Shown here piece after piece: positions 1 through 11,094 of a DNA stretch of 64,000 bases. Source of the DNA: Dudresnaya verticillata (taxonomy: Eukaryota); assembly GCA_977862235.1 (NCBI GenBank), contig OZ374563.1, positions 2,418,001 to 2,482,000 of the forward strand. The letters are read 5' to 3'. The translations under genes and the position numbers were made by a program. How positions within the stretch are numbered: the first letter of the stretch is position 1; every line of letters begins with the position of its first letter. The notes below the pieces were generated by a model. That model did not search any database. It worked only from the letters and a program-made list of their open reading frames with translations, and was not told the DNA's origin.

Positions 1-1250
1 TCTGCAAACGCAACGAAGCTTTTGTTGTGCAACTCATCAGCTTCTCTGAATACATGCGATGGAAGTCGTTTGCGCAGATTGATAACTTCCGGGTCGTGGT
101 TGTGAGGGTCAGGGGAAAAGGATATATAGTACTTGCGGCTTTTAGAGGTGATAACATCCCCTTCACCCTCTACAGCGCTTGTCACGAGGGCACTTGAAAT
201 ACGAATGTGAAAGTTACAGTCTTCCGTAGGATATTCAAAGCTGGCCCTCAGTAGTGGTCCGTTCCCTGCACTAGTTCCCTTTCCGTACTCAGACCTGTTG
301 ACGACCATGTCCAATCCGAAGCTCTCACATACATGGAGGATTCCAGTTCTGACATCTCCCCCAGTGGTATGCGAATGTATTTGATCCACAAACGATTGAA
401 GGGTCATCTGCATGTCTGCAGTAGGGTTGTTAAGTGCCTCAAATCCCAGCACGTCTTTAAACTCGTCTTCACGCGGCGCACGAGAATCCCGTCCTGAACC
501 CATAGCACTGGCATTCACGATATCAGAGCCGCTATCAGCCGGACTGCGAATCGTGGAGCTGCCTATCTCTTCATTGCTTGACCCTTCAATCCAATCCATT
601 ACAGCTGCTCCTGCTGCCCTCATTGCTTGTCGAGTTCCACAATCATTTTTCCGATTTTTTGGTGGCGCAAGCGGTCGAGAGGGCAAACTACAGCTACCTG
701 ACGGACCACTCGACGGCGCAAATGAAGATTCTGGTGGGCTAGACGTAGTAGTCCAACAGGAGGGGGACATTAGAATTTTTGCGGGACTGGGCTTCGCAGC
801 TGCCGAGGGCACGATCTGCAAGGTTCTCACGCAGCAATTTGGATAACAGTTTGTCCCCGCGATACTCGGAAATATTGCGATCGTAATAATACCGAGAGGT
901 GTTGGTCTCGCCAGAATGATTATGCCCGGCATGAACATCGGGCAGCGGCGAAAAACATCCCAACCAGTACCATCCACCCTCCTATCACAGACGAAAGAAA
1001 CGGGACACTTGCCATGGCCAGCGTGCGGCGTTCCTTGTCTCAAGCATCTAAACCGGACCTTCCAATCGTGGTATTCGTCGCCACTTTTGACAGGCCTCAC
1101 GTAGTTCTTTGTGAACACGAATCCATGGCGGGCGAAGCTTGCTGCATACTCAGTACAATCACTGACTCGTCGAATGAAGTGCGTTTTCCTTCGTGTGGGT
1201 AACACCGCATCACGGGGTCGGCAATCGCGAGACCGGGGTAGGTGAACCAT
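1..1250 (-). pseudogene. Mutator (MULE)-like transposase N-terminal region with FAR1/WRKY-GCM1-type zinc-ribbon segments; runs off the left edge
   Basis: Manual translation of the minus strand is open from ATG 1250 to base 1 (not in the ORF track because it has no stop). It contains FRCLRQG..GKCPVSFVC..GWDVF, with the expected HNH in a shifted frame (ORF 739..963), and a second unit TEDCNFHIRI..YYISFSPDPHNHD. No DDE core lies inside the window. Confidence 0.45.
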
Positions 1251-1550
1251 GGGGCGTGTGAGCACCACTGCACCAGCGTTCGGTGCTGTGACAGAGTAGT
1301 GGGGAGCAACATATCGTTGCGGGTGTGCTGGCGGGTTTTCCGCTGCCTGAGCAGGCACCGAGTCTGTAAATACGCTGCTCGTTTTGGAAGCACTGTGAGA
1401 TGGGGATTCGGCTGCCTCCTGCGCCTCTGTGTTGTGGTGCAAGGGGAGGTGAGCCCCTTTTTCGCTGAAAGCGGGCAGCAACAAATACGTCGACCGACGG
1501 AGAAACCGACACCGGCGCTCACCACCGCCGTTGGCGCGCGAACACGTCAT

Positions 1551-1649
1551 CGACGGCTCACTGGGGCGCGCGCGCCCCCAGTGAGCCGAAAGAAGGTATT
1601 GCAATTTGTCATTTGATATGACAAATTGCAATACCTTCTTTCGCCGTCG
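1551..1649. repeat. Branched double palindrome
   Basis: 13-bp arms at 1554-1566/1576-1588; perfect 26-bp arms at 1587-1612/1618-1643 with a 5-nt loop; outer CGACGGC (1551)/GCCGTCG (1643-1649). Confidence 0.9.
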
Positions 1650-4600
1650 CTTGGGAGTGCGTTCAAGCATACGCAGAGCATCTCCTGTCGTACCACGGCG
1701 AATGTGAGCCGAACAGACTAGAGTTAGGCAAAAGTTCCATTGCGTGCTGATGAAGAAAACAGATCTTCCGTCCTGTTGTGTTTGGCTTTCTGAAATTGCG
1801 TATTGTACCATCGGAAACCATTCGCACTTCACATCATCAAGCTTCGGCAGGCAGACATGAAACTTTGATCTTCTCGTCTTTTGGGAAACTGTTCACTGCG
1901 CACCGTTCGGTGTTTCGTTGTTTTCGTTTCCGTTGCCGATGCCACATCAAGTTACGCTTGCATTCTGCAGTACTTTCAAGGTCTCCAACACACAAGTCCT
2001 GGTCAATTTCGGTACGTTTGGCAGGCCTAGACTTCGTCTTGATGAGTTGCAATGTCGGCTTTCGATGTGTTTCGAGCAAGGAAACTGTCTACCAAGTGGA
2101 GCCCCTGCTGCAATTGGATTGCCCTCAACCCGGCCCTAAGAAACAATGTACAGTAGCTCAAACTTGCTGCGGTGTCGCGCTGGCTGAAATCCCAGTTCCA
2201 CCTCTTTAGCGCTCGGCAAGATCTTGCGCTGACATGACCAGTGCTTCATAACAGGCCTTTCGGGTTTCACCCCGAAAAAATGCTTTCGATGCTCTTTTCC
2301 TGTTCCAGACTTCCGTTTTGCAATTCGACGGTAACATGAAGCGAGCCCGTCTATTAGTAAGTACCTTTAGAATTGGCATTAGGGCGATCTCAATGTATTG
2401 ATAAGAATCAAACATCTCCAGTTACGTCCTCATCATCCTTGCAGTCATTATACCATTTCGACTCCACAGTTTCCATATCTAGGCGAGGGTCGTGGCTTAC
2501 ATGACATTGGAGTGATGCTGAAGCCGAATGAACTGTATCGTGTGGTCCACCTGAGACCTGCTTTCTGGTGTACATGAACTGGCTTGTCGACTTATCCCCG
2601 CAGTTTCAATTGTCTGTATGGAACAGGACTTCTTGATCGAGGATTCATCTCGCTCCCACGCGTTTCACCTGCGTTGATTGGTCTGTATTCCTGGTAGTCG
2701 AAGTATTCCCCTTTGTCTACTGCGAATTGCATACTCCGGAGGGCTTGTCCGCAGAGCAATGACACTTTTCAAATGCTGAGCCTTTCAAGGGTCCTCCATG
2801 AGCAGATAAGTAGACATTCTAACAACCACCAGAACAGAATTCATTTGACAATGACGGCCGCTGCGGCTCTGTCGTCCATTTCATTTCTGAATGCCTCCCC
2901 AAGCTCCATAACCGTATTGCTTGCTTGCTTGACATCTCTTGGGCGTTTCCAACTAGTGGAGTCATGCATGGGACCCAGGCAAAAAAAGCGGTCCGAACCT
3001 TTGACAGCAAAACCTTTCGTAAATCTTGAGTAGTATTCTAGCAGTGTTCTTCCTCCAGGTTTTGGGTGAGCGTTTTGAATGCATCTCTTCCTGTAGTGAG
3101 CCAAGCTTTGTCCTCAATACATTTCTCTTATAATCATTGTCATGCAGACTCAGCTTAAAGCCGATCGAGGTCTTCTATCTGTCCATCAGAGGCCACTTGC
3201 ATCAATCTATGTTGCCCGTCTTGCGATACCCTTGTAAGTTGAAGCTTGATGTTTTCTACCCCCTGTCTCGCTGGGCGCAATCGGATGGTGCGGAGCTAGT
3301 GTTTGGTGTGTTGCAGATGTGCGGACAACAGGCATACACCTGCCCGGGTGTGATCATCGCTAGGAGCTCGGCATCAAGAGGTCGTCTGTTTGAAACAGGG
3401 GTCCGGTGCTGTCATTGCAGAACTCTGGTAGCGGACCTCCCCTGCTTGTTGAAGTCCTCATTTTTCAGACACCTATTCTCTAGACCATTGGACCAAATGG
3501 CGCCCTGAAATTAATGCTCCACTTCCGCCGTATGCTGCCGTAGCGCCAGGCGCTTCGCGCACCCTGACTAATTACCGCACCATACGGAGCTGGTTCTGAT
3601 AGGTTCTAGTCCACATTTTTCAGACACCCACTTGCAAGACGACTGGACCACTTGTCGCCAAACAATAGATTTGGTAACATTAGTTGTGCTCTTTTTTCAC
3701 ATGACAGGTTTCATTCGATATTCCAAGCCGGACGGAAACCAGAAAGGAAGATTCCTCGCCGCCGCGGTTGAGCTAACACCTGGCGCACGTCTGAGCGGAA
3801 GAGCTCGGCCACTATCGAATGAGGCTGCACAACCAAACTCCAACTAAGATCGCGTCGCTACGACAGATGAGCAAGTCCAAATGCTTGTTGCAGAAGGCAA
3901 TGCATCTGGAGCATCGATTCTGACAGAATCCGGAGCTGGATTCGTTTGGGGAAGGAGGAAATGCTGTCTACGTTGAGATTTCGAGCCCTGGAGCGCAGAG
4001 AAAGCTTAGGGGCCTCATAGTATTATGCTTGGTTGTTTAAAGCTGTGAAAGATGAGCACAAGAACCGTCTTCTGTGGCTCTTGTTATCTCGGCCATCTAT
4101 GGTTCTATCAAGAGCATTTCATTGTACTCTATCGATAGTGGGATTCTTACTATGTGGTTCAACAGGGTTCTGGCAAGTCGATCACCCGACCTCCAACTTC
4201 TTCTTCGATACCCTTTCTTCTGCTCCAAGGATCTCCCCGCGCCAATCCAGACGACCCGTTCTGCTAATTGTTACTCTGTTTTCCCAAAGGTGGTCCCGAG
4301 GGCCTAACGTATGACTTGGAAGAGACGCTTAAATAGGTGCTTCAGCGATCTGTACCCCGTTACCTTTGTGTTAACATTGGATGTGGCAAGACTTCCGAGA
4401 AACGAGATGAACAACAACTACATGTTCGTAGAATTGTCGCATATTGCGATTACATCTTGGATGGCCAATGACTCCTTCCCGTCTTGCCTTCTGTCCCAGT
4501 CCCGACAATCTTCCAACGGCTATTGCGGCGCCGTCTGTGAATCCAACACGCACGTGCCGAGTGCCTCACTGTTGACAAATCCATTGGCATACGCTCTGGA

Positions 4601-4932
4601 AAATTGAACGGTGCCGCACAGCCAATATGTGGCCGAACAAGTCCTTCGGCATTTGGTGATATTCAAGCAGCGATGTTACGGGAAAATAAGCAGTTCTTAC
4701 CGACAATTCAGCTTTTAAAAGACACAGCTCCACATTTGCACCTTCCACGGAAACAAGCCATCTGCTTGTGATGGCAGGAGAATGAGGTCATTGGTTCAAT
4801 TGCCTTTCTGGAGCCGAGGTAGAAGGCTAACGCAACGCTTCTTCCTCTGCGGCCACTAGTGACAGCTTTAAAACGCGTAAAAGGACTCTCTTTCTCCACC
4901 CCATTGCCATGGAGTATCCTCGTCACGTCAAG

Positions 4933-5625
4933 ATGGTCCCAATACCGTTACATCCCTTTTTGGTTCTTTCGGCTTTCAATACTCTTCTCACAGTGTGCAA
5001 TGGCTTCTGTACACACCCACCACCAATAACGGAGTCCTTCTGCCGCTCCCCACCGCTGGCGACGCAGCTCTCGATCTCCGCGTACCAAGGTCGTTGGTTC
5101 CAGATATACACCTCAGGAACCTCTTCTGCATTCACTTCCAACCGTTGTGTAACCGCAAACTACACACTGGCCTCGAACTCTTCCGTGGCCGTTCTCAACT
5201 GCCAGCAACTGGACCCGTCGCTACGACCCCAATGCATAGTGGGCAATGCTTCAAGAGTCCATGGAGGATCAGCTGCGGAACTCGAGGTAAGCTTCTTCCC
5301 AGATGCCCCGCCGACGCCGTACAATGTCGCTGCGCTGCTTGGTGATGACAGCTACGGATATTTCGCAGCTGCAGTGTATTCTTGCCGTGTTACCAAGGAC
5401 GGACCTAATGAAGGCTTCTTCATACTTTCTCGCACGCCATTCATGCCGGCCATGACGCTGGGACTTATTTCAGCGCAGCTCCGGTGCATGGGATACCCGC
5501 TCACAGATCCCTTCCAACTTACGACGTATTCGTCTGCTTGTTCATTCTTCGACTCGGAGAAGGGATTCGATGTTGTGCCGCCAGTCGTACCAGGGACGTC
5601 TCATTTGGCAAGTACTTCGTATTAA
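4933..5625 (+). CDS. Secreted lipocalin (ApoD/Blc-like)
   Basis: Hydrophobic signal-peptide-like N-terminus from ATG 4933 (the ORF track starts upstream at 4909). Lipocalin SCR1 motif YQGRWFQI, CVTANYT, and an ILSR SCR3-like motif. Confidence 0.8.
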   Translation: MVPIPLHPFLVLSAFNTLLTVCNGFCTHPPPITESFCRSPPLATQLSISAYQGRWFQIYTSGTSSAFTSNRCVTANYTLASNSSVAVLNCQQLDPSLRPQCIVGNASRVHGGSAAELEVSFFPDAPPTPYNVAALLGDDSYGYFAAAVYSCRVTKDGPNEGFFILSRTPFMPAMTLGLISAQLRCMGYPLTDPFQLTTYSSACSFFDSEKGFDVVPPVVPGTSHLASTSY

Positions 5626-7725
5626 GACTGATTTTCTCGCAACAGAAGAGGCAGACCGTGATAGCCAATGTCCAGGAATTATGATACGTACAAGGACTCA
5701 GGGGAAACGTCAGCCCCACAAATTCTGAATGAGACTGGGTCAGGACTCGTGCTACGAAGTGGAGTTTCATGGCGATATCAGAGCTATTATCTGGGCTTCC
5801 CATGAAGAATATGGAAGCAGCAGCGGGTACTTATTAGTCGACGGGGCTTCTTGCTTCTTGCTTCTTCAAGGCTCTGCAGGTGCCCCAGGCCGTAGTTTAG
5901 CTTACGAAAGGCGTTTGAGATTAGCGGCTTGCTACGGAGTAAACTAAGACCTTGGGAAAAGAGGAAATCGGCGAGCACGAAACGGAAGTTGGTTGATGAC
6001 CAGGCTTGAAACGCTACTGCATTATTCCTGGGGACGGCTGGCTCGGCCAACGAAAGAGAGCCGAGAAATCTGCTGACGTCCTGATTCCAGCAAAACCTTG
6101 TGGTTTGTGGCTGCTAACGCGAGCCTCTCTTGAGCGACTTCCCTCGAGGTTAGCTTGTACCCAAAAGTCGCACGCCATATCACGTGAAAATTCACCTCTC
6201 TGGACGTTACTCCTCAGAGAAGTAGAACGAATCATGTGAAGGTTTCTGCAAGTCTGGAAGCTGCGCTAGAAAGCAATTGGTGCTGCAAAGACGGTGGAGC
6301 GTGGAATCACCGAAGTTCTCCACAATGTCATGTCGGGTGAGGAGGAGGTGGGTGCGAGCAAGGCCTACACGCTGCGAGGTTGCGCGGCTGGAAGGAGGTC
6401 GGCAGCGATGCAGCGGTACTTGACCATCACACATGTCGTGCACTCATTGGCTGTCACAGGCATCAAAGCGAACGGATTTTCGACACCCGCGCCACGGTCA
6501 ACAGTGTGGACACGGTGCGTGTAACGCCCGTCGGGTGCCCGGCACCTTCCTATCCAGGCGATTTGCTACTGTGCTAAAAATAACAATAGAGCTCCCCATT
6601 CTCCTATGCCGACATCTTTTCCGTGCTCACAAGGTTGGTCATGGTCAGCATTTCCTCGCTTTTCTTTTGTGCCCGCGTTCTTTCGTACAGCACATCTATG
6701 AGCAGTACCCACGTGTGGATAGCTTCCCCCCGAGCGGCTTCCTTCTGGGCGCGAGCCTGCAAGAAGGGATGGTCAGCACGCTGGCAATTTTAATGCGCAG
6801 TGGGCGGCATTTCTACCCGTCATTGCTGAACGCGACAAGCACGCCAGCGCTATCTCGAGATGGCCTAGTTCTTGAACATCACACGGACAGTTCACAACTT
6901 GCCATAAATTATAGCTTACTACCACAACAGCAACTATGGTGCACGTGGACCACACGCATCCTGATTCGTCGAGTGTGTTAGGGCGAAGCTCGCATCCTCC
7001 GGCCAAAATTGAGGTCAGTATTGTAAAGAAGGAAAGATTCTAAAGCAGATTCCTCGCGGCTGCAGCTCGTCCAACAAACGTGTATGTTGTTTTATCTGGT
7101 ACATATGATAGAGATGAGCAGAAGCTGGACATGGGTAAAAGGGGCCCTGCAATCAGGGGGATGGGGAACTTTATAGGGGGTTACAAGGAGCTCTACTAAG
7201 CTCCTTCCAGACGACAAAGAGGAAAGGAAACTCCATTGAAATACAGACCAAACATGAATCTTGCGTGAGGAAGATTATTGTAGCTACGTGTTCGAAAGCG
7301 ATTTGTTGGACAGCGGATGATAGTGTTGTACTCCGCAGTCCGCCGGAAACATCAAAGGGCATGCAGCTGTATGTGTTCAGGACCAATGCCGCTGCCATCT
7401 TGAAACAATTCCCCACCGCGCAAATCCGCGTTGTGCCATTTGTTGTTGTTGTTGTGTCTGTGGCCTTGTTGCATGGCGACATTACAGAGCAGTGCGCTGT
7501 ATTCGGAAACTGCATGCGACATGCGCGACTGTCAACGAGACCTCTGCCTGCTGTGGAACAACGCGAAGATGAAAGGACAGCCCCAACCTAGCTTTGCAAA
7601 GATAGGACAACGCGCTTGCGCCTATCGCAGCGCCAATAACGCATAGTTCTCATGAAAAGAACCGCATGGGTCACTCTGGTGACCTGATCTATTGATAGTA
7701 CTACTGTACTGCTGCCCGTTGCGTG

Positions 7726-9144
7726 TTATCTCTGTAGCCCCTCCTTACCCCTCACAGGAGCTTTCCTATGTCTGCGTTCTGGTCCGCGACTAACGCTTCT
7801 CGCCCTGCGAACGAACCAAGCTTCCAGACGAGCCCCAACTGCGCGCCCACCACAATTTTCGCAGCCGTGACAGTGATCAAGTCCATGATGAACAACGTGT
7901 AGCACGCCAACACGATTGACAACGTCAGGCCCGAATTTTCTGGCCAGATCGCCTTCTACTGATTCAATCCTGCGACTCCCGGCACGTTCCGTACGTCGAA
8001 GACCTTGATTTCGTTCTCCAGTGCTGGGCAGATGCCCTCTCCGAACCTGCTCTCGACTCCGATCCCTTCCCCTCTCTTCAAGTCGACGCCTCGCTGCCAG
8101 TTTCGGTGATGGTGGGATCGTAGATGGCACACTTGGTAAGCTAGGAATACTTGGGCTAGAATCATTTGCAGACCTCCACTGCACGCCTCCAACACCTTTG
8201 CTTCGCAGTGCAGCACGTTCGTACTGTACTGGGGTCATTGATGCGTCAGAACGTATTCGAGCAGCGTTCATAGGCGACAGCGGTGCGACTCTGACTCGTT
8301 CCTGTGAAAGCGGCGGGGCCAACGGGGCAAAACGTCCATCTTGGTCCGTGGTGGAAGATGCATCGCCAGTATATGCAAAGGCTCTTGGAAGCTCAAGTGC
8401 AGGGACGGGGTGCGAGAAGCCATCAGTAGGAGCAGGCGGCCATGAGCCGGGTAGGTCACCAACAGGGGCAAAAGCCGGGACTCGCGAGTGGGTCGGTATA
8501 GCGTGGGCGGCGGAGAGCGCGCGCTGCTGTTGCGGTCGGCGGATCGGAAGAGCTGCGCGCTCGGGGCGTCGCGTCGGGAAGCTTGGCGAGGCAGTGGCAG
8601 ACACGAAGGCCCTGTCATGACGAGGGGCTGGCGAGCGGGGTGGCGCAGTGAAGGACGAGGAGCGCGGCTGCTTCGGGTATTGGACGGGGGTATCGGTACG
8701 CGCCGGCGGCGGGCCTGGCGGTGAGTACAGGTCTGGCGTCTTGCGCGACGGGGTTTTGCAGCTGAAGGGATGTATTTCTGCTAATTCAGATTGTTCGGGT
8801 GGGGGCGACAGAGAAGGGGTTTGGTCGGGGTTGTACAGCGAGTTAGTCGATTGTGAGCCAGGATGGGTGGTAGGTACGGCGGTGGCCGGTTCCGAGCAGC
8901 GCGGACAGCGAAGGGTCGGCGGGGTGGCGGCGGTGGCGGGAGCAAGATGGTGCAGGTGAGAGAGGCAAGCGGCGTGAAGCGGGCCACAACCACACGGTGA
9001 GAGATGGAAGACCGGCTGCGAGGGCGGGATTGCGTGGGTACAGCGGTGGCAGACCGGGGTGTGCGGCGGGTGCGAGAGCAGATGGTCGCCCGAGGCGGTT
9101 GACGAGAGCAGGCGCGGCGGCGGGAAGCGGGACGGGGATGACAT
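7726..9144 (-). CDS. RING-CH (RINGv, C4HC3) zinc-finger protein with long Pro/Ser/Arg-rich disordered region; putative E3 ligase
   Basis: CHRC..SPCGC..LHAAC..CPRC near the N-terminus. ATG 9144 gives 472 aa in a single exon. Confidence 0.7.
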   Translation of the reverse strand: MSSPSRFPPPRLLSSTASGDHLLSHPPHTPVCHRCTHAIPPSQPVFHLSPCGCGPLHAACLSHLHHLAPATAATPPTLRCPRCSEPATAVPTTHPGSQSTNSLYNPDQTPSLSPPPEQSELAEIHPFSCKTPSRKTPDLYSPPGPPPARTDTPVQYPKQPRSSSFTAPPRSPAPRHDRAFVSATASPSFPTRRPERAALPIRRPQQQRALSAAHAIPTHSRVPAFAPVGDLPGSWPPAPTDGFSHPVPALELPRAFAYTGDASSTTDQDGRFAPLAPPLSQERVRVAPLSPMNAARIRSDASMTPVQYERAALRSKGVGGVQWRSANDSSPSIPSLPSVPSTIPPSPKLAARRRLEERGRDRSREQVRRGHLPSTGERNQGLRRTERAGSRRIESVEGDLARKFGPDVVNRVGVLHVVHHGLDHCHGCENCGGRAVGARLEAWFVRRARSVSRGPERRHRKAPVRGKEGLQR

Positions 9145-10811
9145 GTTGGGCGGGGTCGGGGCCGCGAGGGCGGAGCGAGGGCGGTGGCAGCGGGACACCC
9201 GAGCGGGTACGCAGATCAAGGTGCGGGCGGTATTTGAGGGGTGTTGCCGACAAGTGCGCAGCACGGCTTCCCGCGCGCGTGGGCGCTGGTGACGTCAACA
9301 AACATGCGCTGCCGGAGTCGACACGGCGCGGCGCGGGCGCAAGTGCTGTTCGGCAATCTGAGATTTTGCAGAGATTACGGTGCGCGCAGCGCACGTGTAT
9401 CGCCTCACAGCCCTCTCACGCACCACCCAAAATGCTTCGCTGCCGCGCCCCCCCGCGCCGCGTCGTAGATGCTCTTTGCGCTGCAGCCCGCAGATGCGAC
9501 GCCAGCTGTACGCCCAGCAACAACAACAAGTCACATTTCCGTGCGTTGTGCAACTCGCTAGGACAGCTCCCTCCCGAGTATCTCTCTCGCGCTCCGCGTC
9601 GCCTGCGCGCACCTGTTTTTTCGCACAACGTAGAAATGCCCCTCCGTCCCCTGGACCATGCAGCTTCTGACTGTCCACCACAGCGTTGTGGACACAAAAC
9701 ACTGTCGACAGAGAAAATGTTTTTGCACATGCAGGCAAATACAAAGTCTGCTCTTCCGAAGGAAGAGAGCTGCTCTCAATGGACCTCGTCGAATGTTATA
9801 GCAAGCAAGGGGAGGACCGAAAATCTCATAGCTGTAAATCGTACATGCCAGTACAACAGCACCAAAGAACAGCATCATAGTGCCATCTGTCATCGACATT
9901 TTGTTCCTTCTCTCTCCTATTCGCCTGTCCCTATAACGCTTTTCAGAGGAAGATCCTCAACTCAAACAGCAGCCTTCTTTCCCTAATCTACCTGCCCGCC
10001 TGATCGCCGTTTGAGATAATGCAGCTACAACTTACAACTTGTAGCCTACAAGCTGCGTATGAGTGGAAGTAGCATCCCCAAATACTCAAACGCCTTGAAC
10101 ACATGTTGTTTCTATTCCCACCTGAACCGATCCTTCAGCATTCTCACCTCAACTGATCTTTTGGTCTATTCATTGCTTTGCCTGATTGCGAGATCGTCTG
10201 AAAACAGGCCTCCTGTAGGCATACACAGACCTCCTGTTTTAGGAAGAGCGTGCAAGGTAATGAGGACATTCTACCTCTCGGCTTCTCTTTTCATGTCAAT
10301 CACTTCCACTGATCATAGGCCTTTGCATCCGAAGCCGCCGCACTCTAAATCCCGTCCTGCAAAGTTTAACATCACCGACCACAATGAAAGAAGAGAGAGG
10401 TTAACTTAATGCAGAAATATCAGAAAGCTCCATAAGGAAGCTTAAGGGGGGCCACCCAGTAGCTAAAATCGCCCTGTGCTCACTGTATACCCAAACTCTG
10501 TCAGCAACTTTTACTGCAACTCTTTCCATCCAAAGCTCCAAGAGTTAACATTATGATATTATCAAAGCATTTCTTGCTTATCCATTGGTGCTTGACGTAC
10601 TCCATACTGAAATATCCTTTCAAACAGTGCCTACGCCATCTGGAAGAGTTAATGCGTTCATGTTCCGATTAGTCTTCCCTCTTATCTTGTTCTCTGTAGA
10701 ACGCCTCTAACGCAATTAGAAAATGGGTGTTACTACACCGATTACGGACTTTCTAGCTGACTTTCTAGAATGTCTCATTGTATTGTTTCTTTGGCAACGA
10801 GGGGGTAGGAA

Positions 10812-11081
10812 TGTTAGATTTGTGTGTTGATGTGCCAACCAGTCTGGGCTACTCCCTGTTTATGGCTGGTCTTTATACGGTAAGCAAAGTCCTACTACTA
10901 CATTTTCGAACCTTTGCTTGCACGGCAGGAGAGTCCTCTCCGGGTGATAATTCCGGGGGAGTCTCCTGAAGAGCAGGGCCGGAGAGTTTCTGCACTTCTG
11001 TCATTGTCAGGTAAACTGCATTGTTGTGGTGCATGTTGACCGTGATAAGTTCGTGTCACATTGAACATCATTGTGCCAACA
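10812..11081 (-). repeat. Copia 3' LTR
   Basis: Direct repeat of 15223-15492; PPT adjacent at 11082-11090. Confidence 0.97.
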
Positions 11082-11094
11082 TTCCCCCTCGAAC

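Noticed and set aside
1700..4900. Short ORF fragments on the minus strand
   Set aside because: Stop-riddled with no recognisable motif; possibly an old TE or pseudogene, but I cannot assign it.
5700..7650. Short overlapping ORFs
   Set aside because: No domain recognised and many stops.
8997..9986. 329-aa plus-strand ORF
   Set aside because: GC-rich shadow ORF overlapping the RING gene and its promoter, with low-information composition.
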